64,000 bases of DNA. Source: an uncultured Pelagibacteraceae bacterium. GTDB lineage: Bacteria > Pseudomonadota > Alphaproteobacteria > Pelagibacterales > Pelagibacteraceae. A program made the translations under genes and the position numbers. This document shows, in pieces, positions 37,897-46,497 of this stretch. The notes under the pieces are model-generated. The model did no database searches. It was not told the DNA's origin and worked only from the letters and a program-made list of their open reading frames with translations. How positions within the stretch are numbered: position 1 is the first letter of the stretch; each line of letters opens with the position of its first letter. The stretch covers positions 16,170 through 80,169 of the forward strand of contig CACPLR010000001.1 in the NCBI GenBank assembly GCA_902634885.1, written 5' to 3'.

Positions 37897-38650
37897 AAGG
37901 TTTTGACGTAATTCCACCGTCAACTGTAATTTCAGTTCCAGTAATATAATTAGCCTGATCACTTAATAAAAACATACATGTATTTGCTATATCAGTTGGC
38001 TTTCCAACTCTTTTTAAAGGTATAAATTTTTCTAAATTTTTTTTGGCTTTAGGATTTTTTTTCCAACGTCTTTGCATACCAGTTTCTATAGGACCAGGTA
38101 AAATTATATTTGATCTAATATTTTTTGATGAAAATTGAATTGCTAAAGATTTTGATAATCTAATCATTGCAGCTTTTGATGCACCATAAGCATCTTGTGG
38201 CTTATCATCTCCAGATAAAGCATCAATAGAAGATATATGAACCATAGAACCAAAATTATTTTTTTGCATTTTTGGAATTATAATTTTCGATAAAAACATC
38301 ATTGATTTAAGATTAATTTGAAAAACTTTATCCCAAGTTTCTGGCAATATATTTACAGCAGATATATCTTTGTTAAACCATAAAACACCAATTGTATTAA
38401 TTAAGTAATCAATTGTTTTGTTGTTTTTATAAAAAAGATCTATTTGGGATTTTAATTGTTTAAGTTTAGTTACATCAACTTTTTTAAAAATACATTTTTT
38501 ATTTTTGTTAAGAAAATCTTTTTCAGGTTTTTTTACATCTAACATTAAAACATTAATGTTGTTTTGAGATAACATTTTTGAAATCTCTAAACCCATCCCT
38601 CCACAAGCGCCAGTAACAACTGCGGATTTACCTTTGTAATTTAGTTTCAC
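37895..38650 (-). CDS. Short-chain dehydrogenase/reductase
   Basis: VTGACGGMG, HISSID, AYGASK, ITGTEITVDGG; GTG start abuts the ALDH stop. Confidence 0.88.
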   Translation of the reverse strand: MKLNYKGKSAVVTGACGGMGLEISKMLSQNNINVLMLDVKKPEKDFLNKNKKCIFKKVDVTKLKQLKSQIDLFYKNNKTIDYLINTIGVLWFNKDISAVNILPETWDKVFQINLKSMMFLSKIIIPKMQKNNFGSMVHISSIDALSGDDKPQDAYGASKAAMIRLSKSLAIQFSSKNIRSNIILPGPIETGMQRRWKKNPKAKKNLEKFIPLKRVGKPTDIANTCMFLLSDQANYITGTEITVDGGITSKP

Positions 38651-40027
38651 TTATTGCCCTTTTCTTAAATGAAAGCTTTTAGGTGCTGTTAATTTTTCGT
38701 AAGCAATTTCCGATAACGAACAACCTTTTCCTGTCTCTTTTACTCCAGTCCATGATAACGCTGGATCAAGGTAATCACATCTATTCATAAAAAAGGTACC
38801 AGTTTGAACTTGATTTCCAATTTTTTCTGCAACCCCAATATCGTTAGTCCAAATAGATGCTGTTAAACCATATGGACTATCGTTCATTAGTTTTACAGCT
38901 TCATTTTCATTAGAAACTCTCATAATTCCCACACAAGGCCCAAATGTCTCCTCTGTCATAAAATCCATTTCATGACTAACATTAGTTAAAACTTGAGGAA
39001 CCAAATAGTTTTTATGCTCTTTTGGAAAATGAAATTTATTTTCATCAATCATTTTTTTTGCACCCTTATCAAGAGCTTTATTCATTTGATTAATTATAAA
39101 TTCTGCTGCTGAAAGTTTGACAACAGGACCTAGGTTATTTTCTTGCTCTAAAGGATTTCCAAGTTTGTAGTTATAAGTTTTTGAAATAAATAATTCTAAG
39201 AAACTGTTAAAAATCTTCTCATCAACATAAATTCTTTCAATTCCGCAACAAGATTGACCTGAATTAAAAAAAGAACCATCTACTAAATTATCAACTGTTT
39301 TTTCTAAGTCACAATCATATCTTGCATAAGCTGGATCTTTGCCTCCAAGTTCAAGAGCCATATCTATAAATTTTTCATGAGTAGCTCTTTGAACATCATA
39401 TCCTGCTTTTACTGAACCTGTAAAAGATACAAAATTTACTCTTTTGTCAGATACAATTTTAAGACCATCGCTATGATTTAAATGTAGAAAATTAAAAACA
39501 TTTTTTGGCAAAATTTTTTTTGCCGATTGGTAAAGTTGTTCAGCACATAAGGGAGTTTGAGCAGAATGCTTTAAGATCACTGTATTTCCTGCTGCCATTG
39601 CTGGAATAATAGAGTTAACAGCTGTTAGATAAGGGTAGTTCCATGGAGCAATAACAAAAACTACTCCAAGAGGTCTTCTTCTGATAAAATTTTTAAAATT
39701 TTTGTCTTTTGTAACATCAATGTCTGATAATTTTTTTTCAGCTATAGAGAGCATATAGTCAGCTCTTTCCTTAAATCCTTTTAGTTCACTAGCTGCCTGA
39801 TTTATAGGTCTTCCAATTTGCCTACATAATTCTTCTGAAATAATTTTATCACGAGATAGAAAATCATCTACAAACTTAGTTAATAGATCAACTCTTTCTT
39901 TTACACTCAAATTTGACCATCCAATTTGAGCGATAGTTGATTTATTAATCGTATCCTCAATTTTATCTGAGTTGTATTCTCTTTCTATGTAAACTGTATT
40001 ATCGATTGGAGTAATTGTCTGTTGCAT
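38651..40027 (-). CDS. Aldehyde dehydrogenase family protein
   Basis: APWNYPY, FTGSV, LELGGKDP, NSGQSCC.IERIY, EETFGP, NRCDYLDP. Confidence 0.92.
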   Translation of the reverse strand: MQQTITPIDNTVYIEREYNSDKIEDTINKSTIAQIGWSNLSVKERVDLLTKFVDDFLSRDKIISEELCRQIGRPINQAASELKGFKERADYMLSIAEKKLSDIDVTKDKNFKNFIRRRPLGVVFVIAPWNYPYLTAVNSIIPAMAAGNTVILKHSAQTPLCAEQLYQSAKKILPKNVFNFLHLNHSDGLKIVSDKRVNFVSFTGSVKAGYDVQRATHEKFIDMALELGGKDPAYARYDCDLEKTVDNLVDGSFFNSGQSCCGIERIYVDEKIFNSFLELFISKTYNYKLGNPLEQENNLGPVVKLSAAEFIINQMNKALDKGAKKMIDENKFHFPKEHKNYLVPQVLTNVSHEMDFMTEETFGPCVGIMRVSNENEAVKLMNDSPYGLTASIWTNDIGVAEKIGNQVQTGTFFMNRCDYLDPALSWTGVKETGKGCSLSEIAYEKLTAPKSFHLRKGQ

Positions 40028-40097
40028 AAAAAGACTTGATTAATTTTTTAATTTAAAGTGATATATAGCATTAAATCATTAAACACTAAATATAAAC

Positions 40098-41261
40098 ATG
40101 CAAAAATATAATTGGAATTACCCAACCACGATGTGGGTTGGACAAAACAGAATTAAAGACTTAGGTAATGCTTGTAAAAACTTAAATATTAAAAAACCTT
40201 TGTTAGTTACCGACCAAGGTCTTTCTAGATCAGAAATTATTTTAAGCGCACTAAATGATTTAAATGATGAAGGAATTTCAGTTCAACTCTATTCCAATGT
40301 TGTTGGAAATCCGACAGGCACAAATGTGAACGAAGGTGTTGATCATTATAAAAAAAATAATTGTGATGGCGTTATTGCATTTGGTGGAGGCAGTGGATTA
40401 GACGTTGGAAAAGCAATAGCATTTATGTCAGGACAAAATCTGCCTTTATGGGATTTTGAGGATGTAGGAGATAATTGGACAAGAGCAAATAGTGCAAAAA
40501 TAGCTCCTATTATAGCAGTTCCTACTACAGCAGGAACAGGATCAGAAACTGGTAGAGCATCGGTAATATTAAATGAGGAAAGTGGAGTTAAAAAAATTAT
40601 TTTCCATCCAAAATTTTTACCATCAATAGTAATTTTGGATCCTTGTTTAACAGTTGGCCTTCCATCAAAAATTACTGCTGCAACAGGAATGGATGCTTTA
40701 GCACATAATCTTGAAGCATTTTGTGCACCAGGATTTCACCCTATGGCAGATGGAATTGCTCTTGAAGGGATGAGATTGATAAACAAATGGCTTTTAATTG
40801 CTGTTAATGATGGGAAAAATTTAGATGCAAGAATGAATATGCTTACCGCAGCAAGTATGGGATCTACAGCTTTTCAAAAAGGCTTAGGAGCAATTCACTC
40901 ATTAAGTCATCCTGTAAATGCTCTAAATAATGTTCATCATGGATTATCAAATGCTATTTTTATGCCTTATGTGTTATCTTTTAACAAAGATGTAATTGAA
41001 GAAAAAATAATTAAAATTTGTGAATATTTAGAATTAAAAGAAATATCTTTCAACGGATTTATTGATTGGACACTTAAGCTTAGAAAAGATCTTGATATAC
41101 CTCATAAGCTCTCAGAAGTTATTGAGGAAAAAGATTTTGATATTAATCGACTTTCTAAGATGGCATTAGAAGACCCATCTACTGGAGGAAATCCTAAGAA
41201 ACTGACAGTTGAAGATATGAAAATAATGTATGAACACAGTATGTCAGGCAATTTATTTTAA
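40098..41261 (+). CDS. Iron-containing alcohol dehydrogenase
   Basis: GGGSGLD, PTTAGTGSE, GMDALAHNLE, HSLSH, HHG metal ligands. Confidence 0.93.
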   Translation: MQKYNWNYPTTMWVGQNRIKDLGNACKNLNIKKPLLVTDQGLSRSEIILSALNDLNDEGISVQLYSNVVGNPTGTNVNEGVDHYKKNNCDGVIAFGGGSGLDVGKAIAFMSGQNLPLWDFEDVGDNWTRANSAKIAPIIAVPTTAGTGSETGRASVILNEESGVKKIIFHPKFLPSIVILDPCLTVGLPSKITAATGMDALAHNLEAFCAPGFHPMADGIALEGMRLINKWLLIAVNDGKNLDARMNMLTAASMGSTAFQKGLGAIHSLSHPVNALNNVHHGLSNAIFMPYVLSFNKDVIEEKIIKICEYLELKEISFNGFIDWTLKLRKDLDIPHKLSEVIEEKDFDINRLSKMALEDPSTGGNPKKLTVEDMKIMYEHSMSGNLF

Positions 41262-41269
41262 TCACCAAA

Positions 41270-42058
41270 GTGAAAACTCTAAACATATTGATTGTTGAGG
41301 GAAATATAGAGGAAGATTCAAAAATTTTTATTAAAGCAGCTGGTAAAAAAGTATCAGAAAATTTAAAAGAATTATTTTTAAATTTTGAACCATCCACGAA
41401 TGTAGAAATAATTCATCCAGGTAATTTTGATGAAAACTCCAGCGCATTAGATAAAATTAAAACATATGATGGTATTGCATTTACTGGGGGCGCAATGAGA
41501 TTAAACGATATGTCGGATGAGATTAAAAAACATATTAGTTTTGCAAAGAACTGTTTAGAAAATGGTAAGAAAATTCTAGCTATTTGTTGGGGGTTGCAGG
41601 TTTGTTCATTTGCAGCTGGTGGAAAAGTAAACAAAGGAAAAAAAGGTGCTCACATGGGTATTGCCCAAAATGTAAGAATAAACACTACTGGAATAAAACA
41701 TTTGCTTTATCATAATAAAATTAATAATTTTAACACACCTGCGTTTAATTTTGATGAAGTATGTGAGATACCAGAAAATTCAGAAATTTTAGCAAGCAAT
41801 AATGTAAATGATGTTATGGGATTATCAATTACGTATAAAAATAGTACAGTATGGGGATTACAATATCATCCTGATTATGAATTTAACCAAACAATTAATT
41901 TGACAAAATTGAGAAAAGAAAAATTAATAAATAATAATTATTTTTCAAATGAAGATGACTTCATAAAACATATTTCTTTAATTCAAGAAGAAGAAAAAAA
42001 ACTAAAATTTGAAAACAGAACTCAAGAAATTAAAAACTGGCTAAATTTTATTAAATAA
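41270..42058 (+). CDS. Class I glutamine amidotransferase-like protein (putative gamma-glutamyl hydrolase)
   Basis: DGIAFTGG, nucleophile elbow AICWGLQ, QYHPD; GTG start. Confidence 0.8.
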   Translation: MKTLNILIVEGNIEEDSKIFIKAAGKKVSENLKELFLNFEPSTNVEIIHPGNFDENSSALDKIKTYDGIAFTGGAMRLNDMSDEIKKHISFAKNCLENGKKILAICWGLQVCSFAAGGKVNKGKKGAHMGIAQNVRINTTGIKHLLYHNKINNFNTPAFNFDEVCEIPENSEILASNNVNDVMGLSITYKNSTVWGLQYHPDYEFNQTINLTKLRKEKLINNNYFSNEDDFIKHISLIQEEEKKLKFENRTQEIKNWLNFIK

Positions 42059-42886
42059 CTAATAATTTCCTTTTTGATTAGCCTCTTTATAAAAAATTTC
42101 TTGAAGATTATCATTTTCTTTTTTTTTAGTTTTTATGTCATCTTGATCTAATAATGATTTTGGTCTTCCTATCTTTTCATGAAAATTAAATTTATCTTCT
42201 CCTCTTGCAATCTGAACACTATTTTTTCCTATTACTTGTTTTACATTACTTCCAATATAGCTTTGTATAACAAAACCTATTCTTCTATCATCGCTTTTGT
42301 TTAAACCAGAACCATGCACCGTTTTAGGATGATGTAGTGACATTTGTCCTGCAGACAGTATTAAGGCCTTCGTTTCATGTTCGGGAACATCATTTACTGT
42401 TTGACCTCTAGTTAATAGATTTCCCTCATTAAATTTTTGATCATGATCTTTAAGTATATCTTTGTGAGATCCTGGCCACATTCTCATGCATCCATTCTGT
42501 TCATTTGAGTCTGTTATGGCAACCCATGCAGTAACCCAATTATAAGGCTCTAATCCAATATACTTTGCATCCTGATGATAACTTACAAATCCCTTTTCTT
42601 TTGGATTTTTTATAAATAACGTTGTTCCACAAACAAGAATATCTTTACCAATTAAGGATTGTACTGCATCTAATATTTTTGAATTATGAGTTACTTCATC
42701 AAGCAAAGGGGAGATAAGATGTGCATTGTATCTTCCTGCTTTTTCTAATTCTCCAGGCAATTTTTTTTCAATAGTTTCAATTTCATCTCTAATTTCTTTT
42801 GCTTTGTCTTTTGAAAAAATATCTATAGGTGAAACAAATCCCTCATCCTTGTATTGTTGAAGTTGATTTGAGGAAAGATAAGTCAT
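42059..42886 (-). CDS. Phytanoyl-CoA dioxygenase (PhyH) family Fe(II)/2-oxoglutarate dioxygenase
   Basis: YHQD (HxD), TAWVA, NGCM..PGSH, VHGSG.N.S.DRRIG; start set at MTYLSSNQ (42886) to avoid overlap with the divergent gene. Confidence 0.85.
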   Translation of the reverse strand: MTYLSSNQLQQYKDEGFVSPIDIFSKDKAKEIRDEIETIEKKLPGELEKAGRYNAHLISPLLDEVTHNSKILDAVQSLIGKDILVCGTTLFIKNPKEKGFVSYHQDAKYIGLEPYNWVTAWVAITDSNEQNGCMRMWPGSHKDILKDHDQKFNEGNLLTRGQTVNDVPEHETKALILSAGQMSLHHPKTVHGSGLNKSDDRRIGFVIQSYIGSNVKQVIGKNSVQIARGEDKFNFHEKIGRPKSLLDQDDIKTKKKENDNLQEIFYKEANQKGNY

Positions 42887-42896
42887 ACTATTTTGA

Positions 42897-43343
42897 ATGC
42901 CTGAAGTTATTAAAATTGGAATTACAGAAAAAAACAATCAAAAAATTCAAGAAGTAAAGACAGTTAAAGTAATTGCAAATCAAGGTATAGTAGGGGACAG
43001 GCATTTCAAAGAATTTAACGATCCATTTAATCAATTATCTCTAATAGAGTCTGAGAATATTGATTATTACAATATTAAATATGGTTTAAATATTCCATAT
43101 ATAGATTTTAGAAGAAATATAATTACCAAAGGAATTAAGCTGAATGATTTGGTTGGAAAAAAACTAAAAATTGGATCTGTTGAAGTTGAGGGTATGGATT
43201 TATGTAGACCCTGCAGACATCTTAATGAATCATTAAATCAAGATAATGTTTTAAAGGAATTTTTAAGAAAAGGTGGTCTTAGATGTCAGATTTTAACATC
43301 TTCCAGTATAAATACTGGAGATAAAATTGAAGTTCTAGATTAA
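42897..43343 (+). CDS. MOSC domain-containing protein
   Basis: GIVGDR, FRRNIIT.G, conserved CRPC, GGLRC.I. Confidence 0.87.
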   Translation: MPEVIKIGITEKNNQKIQEVKTVKVIANQGIVGDRHFKEFNDPFNQLSLIESENIDYYNIKYGLNIPYIDFRRNIITKGIKLNDLVGKKLKIGSVEVEGMDLCRPCRHLNESLNQDNVLKEFLRKGGLRCQILTSSSINTGDKIEVLD

Positions 43344-43350
43344 TTGAATT

Positions 43351-44664
43351 TTATCCAAAAGTTTTTTTAGTTTCATTACTACTTGAATTTTGATCTAGTG
43401 TTGCAGGTGCATCAGGATCCAACTCTAATCCTGCAGGAGTAATAGTTGCTGGTACTGGGGTAAAAGTTGAGTCTGGATTTTCAATAGTTTCTCTCACTCT
43501 CATTCTATAAAGTCCGAAAGCTCCAATTAAACTGTGAATTAGTATTAGAAAAACAAAAAAACCGTTTAAACCAAACCAACCCATAAAGATAGAGCAAAGA
43601 ATTGGACCACTTATTGCTCCAAAGCCAAAAATTAATTGTAAACCACCTCCTGCTGCAACAAATTTTGTCTTAGGTACAAAATCATTAGTGTGAGCAAGGT
43701 TTAAAGAAAATAATGGAAGACATAAGCTTGCATATAATCCAACAGCTACAAAAAATATTATTTTTCTAAAGGCTAATTCATTCATGTAATATATATTTTG
43801 TAATGGATCATTAGCAGTAAGAATTGATAAAAGCGCTAAAGCTGAACTTCCAAAAGTTGAAATAACAATAACTGTTCGTCTATCATATTTATCAGATAAA
43901 TATCCAATAGGTCCTTGACCTAGCACACCAGCTATTGTTGCAATAAATAAAAGTACCGATGTTTCCAAAAGAGATAATTTTGCAAGTGTAGCATAAACTG
44001 AAATTAAAGAAAAAAATGCCGCATGAATTACACCAGTAAAAAAAGAACTAAAAGCCCCAAGAGGAGAAATTTTATATAATTCCACAATACTTATAGTATC
44101 AATTTTTTTGAATTTTGGTGCAGGTCTTTTTGTTAATAAAATTGGAACAAGAGCAATTGATAATAACACCGATACTAAAATAAACGGTTCATAGTTTTTA
44201 GGTTCACTAACATTAAGCAACAACATACCAATTGCTAAACCAAAAAATATAACCATCATGTAAGCTGAAAGTAGTTGACCTCTATTTTTATTTGTGGCTC
44301 TGTCATTTAACCAACTTTCAGTTACCACATAACAGCTAACTAAGCTTACGCCTGTTATAAATCTACTTAAAGTCCACATAATTGGATTAACATAAACGAC
44401 AGCCAATAATGCACTTAAAGATGCAAGTGATGCAAAAGCTGCAAACACTCTTATGTGACCGACTTTCGATACAAAATTAGGAGTAGTTTTTGATCCAATA
44501 AAATATCCAACATAATATCCTGACATGAAAATACCTGTCGTTAATACATTAAAACCCTCAAGTACTGATCTAATTCCCATTAATTGCATTTGCAATCCAT
44601 GAGCAATCATCATTACCCCTATTCCCATAAAAAGAGCCCAGGACTTTTTTACTTCTTTTTGCAT
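43351..44664 (-). CDS. MFS transporter (YcaD-like)
   Basis: 12 TM helices, VGHIRVFAAF, ESWLN, GYLSDKYDRR, AHTND. Confidence 0.88.
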   Translation of the reverse strand: MQKEVKKSWALFMGIGVMMIAHGLQMQLMGIRSVLEGFNVLTTGIFMSGYYVGYFIGSKTTPNFVSKVGHIRVFAAFASLASLSALLAVVYVNPIMWTLSRFITGVSLVSCYVVTESWLNDRATNKNRGQLLSAYMMVIFFGLAIGMLLLNVSEPKNYEPFILVSVLLSIALVPILLTKRPAPKFKKIDTISIVELYKISPLGAFSSFFTGVIHAAFFSLISVYATLAKLSLLETSVLLFIATIAGVLGQGPIGYLSDKYDRRTVIVISTFGSSALALLSILTANDPLQNIYYMNELAFRKIIFFVAVGLYASLCLPLFSLNLAHTNDFVPKTKFVAAGGGLQLIFGFGAISGPILCSIFMGWFGLNGFFVFLILIHSLIGAFGLYRMRVRETIENPDSTFTPVPATITPAGLELDPDAPATLDQNSSSNETKKTFG

Positions 44665-44695
44665 TTATATATTTACTGTCAGTTAAATCTGGCGG

Positions 44696-45571
44696 CTAAG
44701 TAGTTTTGGTTTGTGTTTTTTTTATGGCTAATAATGAATGAATTGCAATCGTAATTATAATTACAATCCCCCCTAATATAGTTTGAGTTGAGGGCTGTTC
44801 TTTGATAATTAGCCAGACCCATATTGGTCCAACAATTGTCTCTAAAAGAAAAAAAAGGTTAACTTCAGCAGCAGTTATAAATCGTGGGGCTATAGTTACT
44901 AAAACAAATGGTATCGCAACACACATAACACACATAATAGGTATAAAAATCATATCTGTGCCAACAAGCGTAAAGTCTTTAACGAAGAAAAAGGCAAATA
45001 TAGCAACACATAATTTACCAATCACTGCAGAGGGGACTAAATCAGTAGATTTTGCATACCTTGCTAAATTAGCATTACAAGCTAATCCAAAAGCAGTAAT
45101 TAACCCAAAAAGGTCACCGTAGAAATTACCAAGGCTAAGAGAGTCATAAAATATGTAAACACATGCAGTAAAAGTGATGATTATTGCGACCCATGTTTTC
45201 TTCTCAGGTTTCTCTCTTAAAAAAATTACTCCTAATATCGCTGAAAGCATCGGGGCAAGTGCTATCATTAATAATGTATTTGCTACATTGGTATTTTGAA
45301 TTGAGATTATAAAAGTAATATTACAAATCGAAAAACTTATTACATAAAATAATCCTGGATAACCAATTTTAAACAAAGCATTAAAAAAATTATTTTTGTA
45401 AAAAATTATAAGTCCAAAAAGCACAACTAAAAAAGGTATTGCTCCTCTATAAAAAAGCATACCCCAAGTTTCTATGTTAGATAATCTAATAAAAAGAGAA
45501 TCTGGCGTTATAAACATAACACCAATAAAAGCCATTAAAGAACCTTTTTGCTGATTGGTGAGATTTTTCAA
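44696..45571 (-). CDS. DMT/EamA family transporter
   Basis: ITPDSLFIR, WGMLFYRG, IFLREK, LETIVGPIWVW. Confidence 0.85.
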   Translation of the reverse strand: MKNLTNQQKGSLMAFIGVMFITPDSLFIRLSNIETWGMLFYRGAIPFLVVLFGLIIFYKNNFFNALFKIGYPGLFYVISFSICNITFIISIQNTNVANTLLMIALAPMLSAILGVIFLREKPEKKTWVAIIITFTACVYIFYDSLSLGNFYGDLFGLITAFGLACNANLARYAKSTDLVPSAVIGKLCVAIFAFFFVKDFTLVGTDMIFIPIMCVMCVAIPFVLVTIAPRFITAAEVNLFFLLETIVGPIWVWLIIKEQPSTQTILGGIVIIITIAIHSLLAIKKTQTKTT

Positions 45572-46497
45572 GCTCTCAAACCTTTCCAGAAATAATCTGC
45601 AAGGTTTATATTTGATAAATCAAAAAAAGTTTTTAATCCTGTAGGTGAAGTTACATTAATATCTCCATTTAATTTTTCATCGATAAAATCAATTCCTGCA
45701 AAATATATATCTTCTTTTATAAGGTCTTTTGCTATTATTTTTGAAATTTTTATTTCTTTTTTAGTTAATTTAATCAATTTTGGTTTTGCGCCTTTGCTCA
45801 TATTACTTAAAATTGATCCAGCTTTTGGCACTCTTGAAATACAGCCACAAATCTTACCATTGATTATAAAAACTCTTTTATCTCCAAATTTTATTTTTGG
45901 TAAAAATTTTTGACACATTATGTGTCCGTGTTTTTTAATAAACTTTAAAATAAGTTTTTTGTTTAATTTGTTATTTATGTAAATAATATCATTACCGCTG
46001 TAACTATGAATTGGTTTAAGTATCATTTTTTTATATTTTTTATAAAAATACAAAATATCTTCTACTCTTTTTGTAAATATTGTATCAGGCATAAAATCAA
46101 TAAATTTCATTGAGTATAATTTTTCTGAAACATTTCTTATAGAAGTAGGATTATTAATAACTCTAACTTTATTTTTAATAGTATCTAAAATGTAGGTTGT
46201 AGATATATATTCAAGATTGAATGGTGGGTCTTGACGAACTAAAATAAATTTTACTTTGGATAAATCAATATGTGTTTTTTTAATTATTTTGAAAAATTTT
46301 TTTTTAGAGTAATCAATTTTAATAAAACTTCCATTTGCAAAAACTTTTTTATTTTTAATTGATAGATTTTCTGGCTCATAATAAAAGATTTTATAGCCTC
46401 TATTTTCACCACTTTTTGCAAGAAATATACTAGTATCTGTTAATGGATTTAAGTTATTTAAGTTATTACCTTGAACAGCAATAATTTTATTGGTCAT
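45568..46497 (-). CDS. gshB: Glutathione synthetase
   Basis: DTS, RQDPPFNLEYI, NNP..IRN..EK, GDKRV, NMSKG, AGIDFI, INVTSPTG. Confidence 0.93.
   Translation of the reverse strand: MTNKIIAVQGNNLNNLNPLTDTSIFLAKSGENRGYKIFYYEPENLSIKNKKVFANGSFIKIDYSKKKFFKIIKKTHIDLSKVKFILVRQDPPFNLEYISTTYILDTIKNKVRVINNPTSIRNVSEKLYSMKFIDFMPDTIFTKRVEDILYFYKKYKKMILKPIHSYSGNDIIYINNKLNKKLILKFIKKHGHIMCQKFLPKIKFGDKRVFIINGKICGCISRVPKAGSILSNMSKGAKPKLIKLTKKEIKISKIIAKDLIKEDIYFAGIDFIDEKLNGDINVTSPTGLKTFFDLSNINLADYFWKGLRA

Noticed and set aside
42059-42886. Non-heme iron halogenase (SyrB2-like)
   Set aside because: The facial triad is HQD with the carboxylate retained; halogenases have Ala or Gly at that position.
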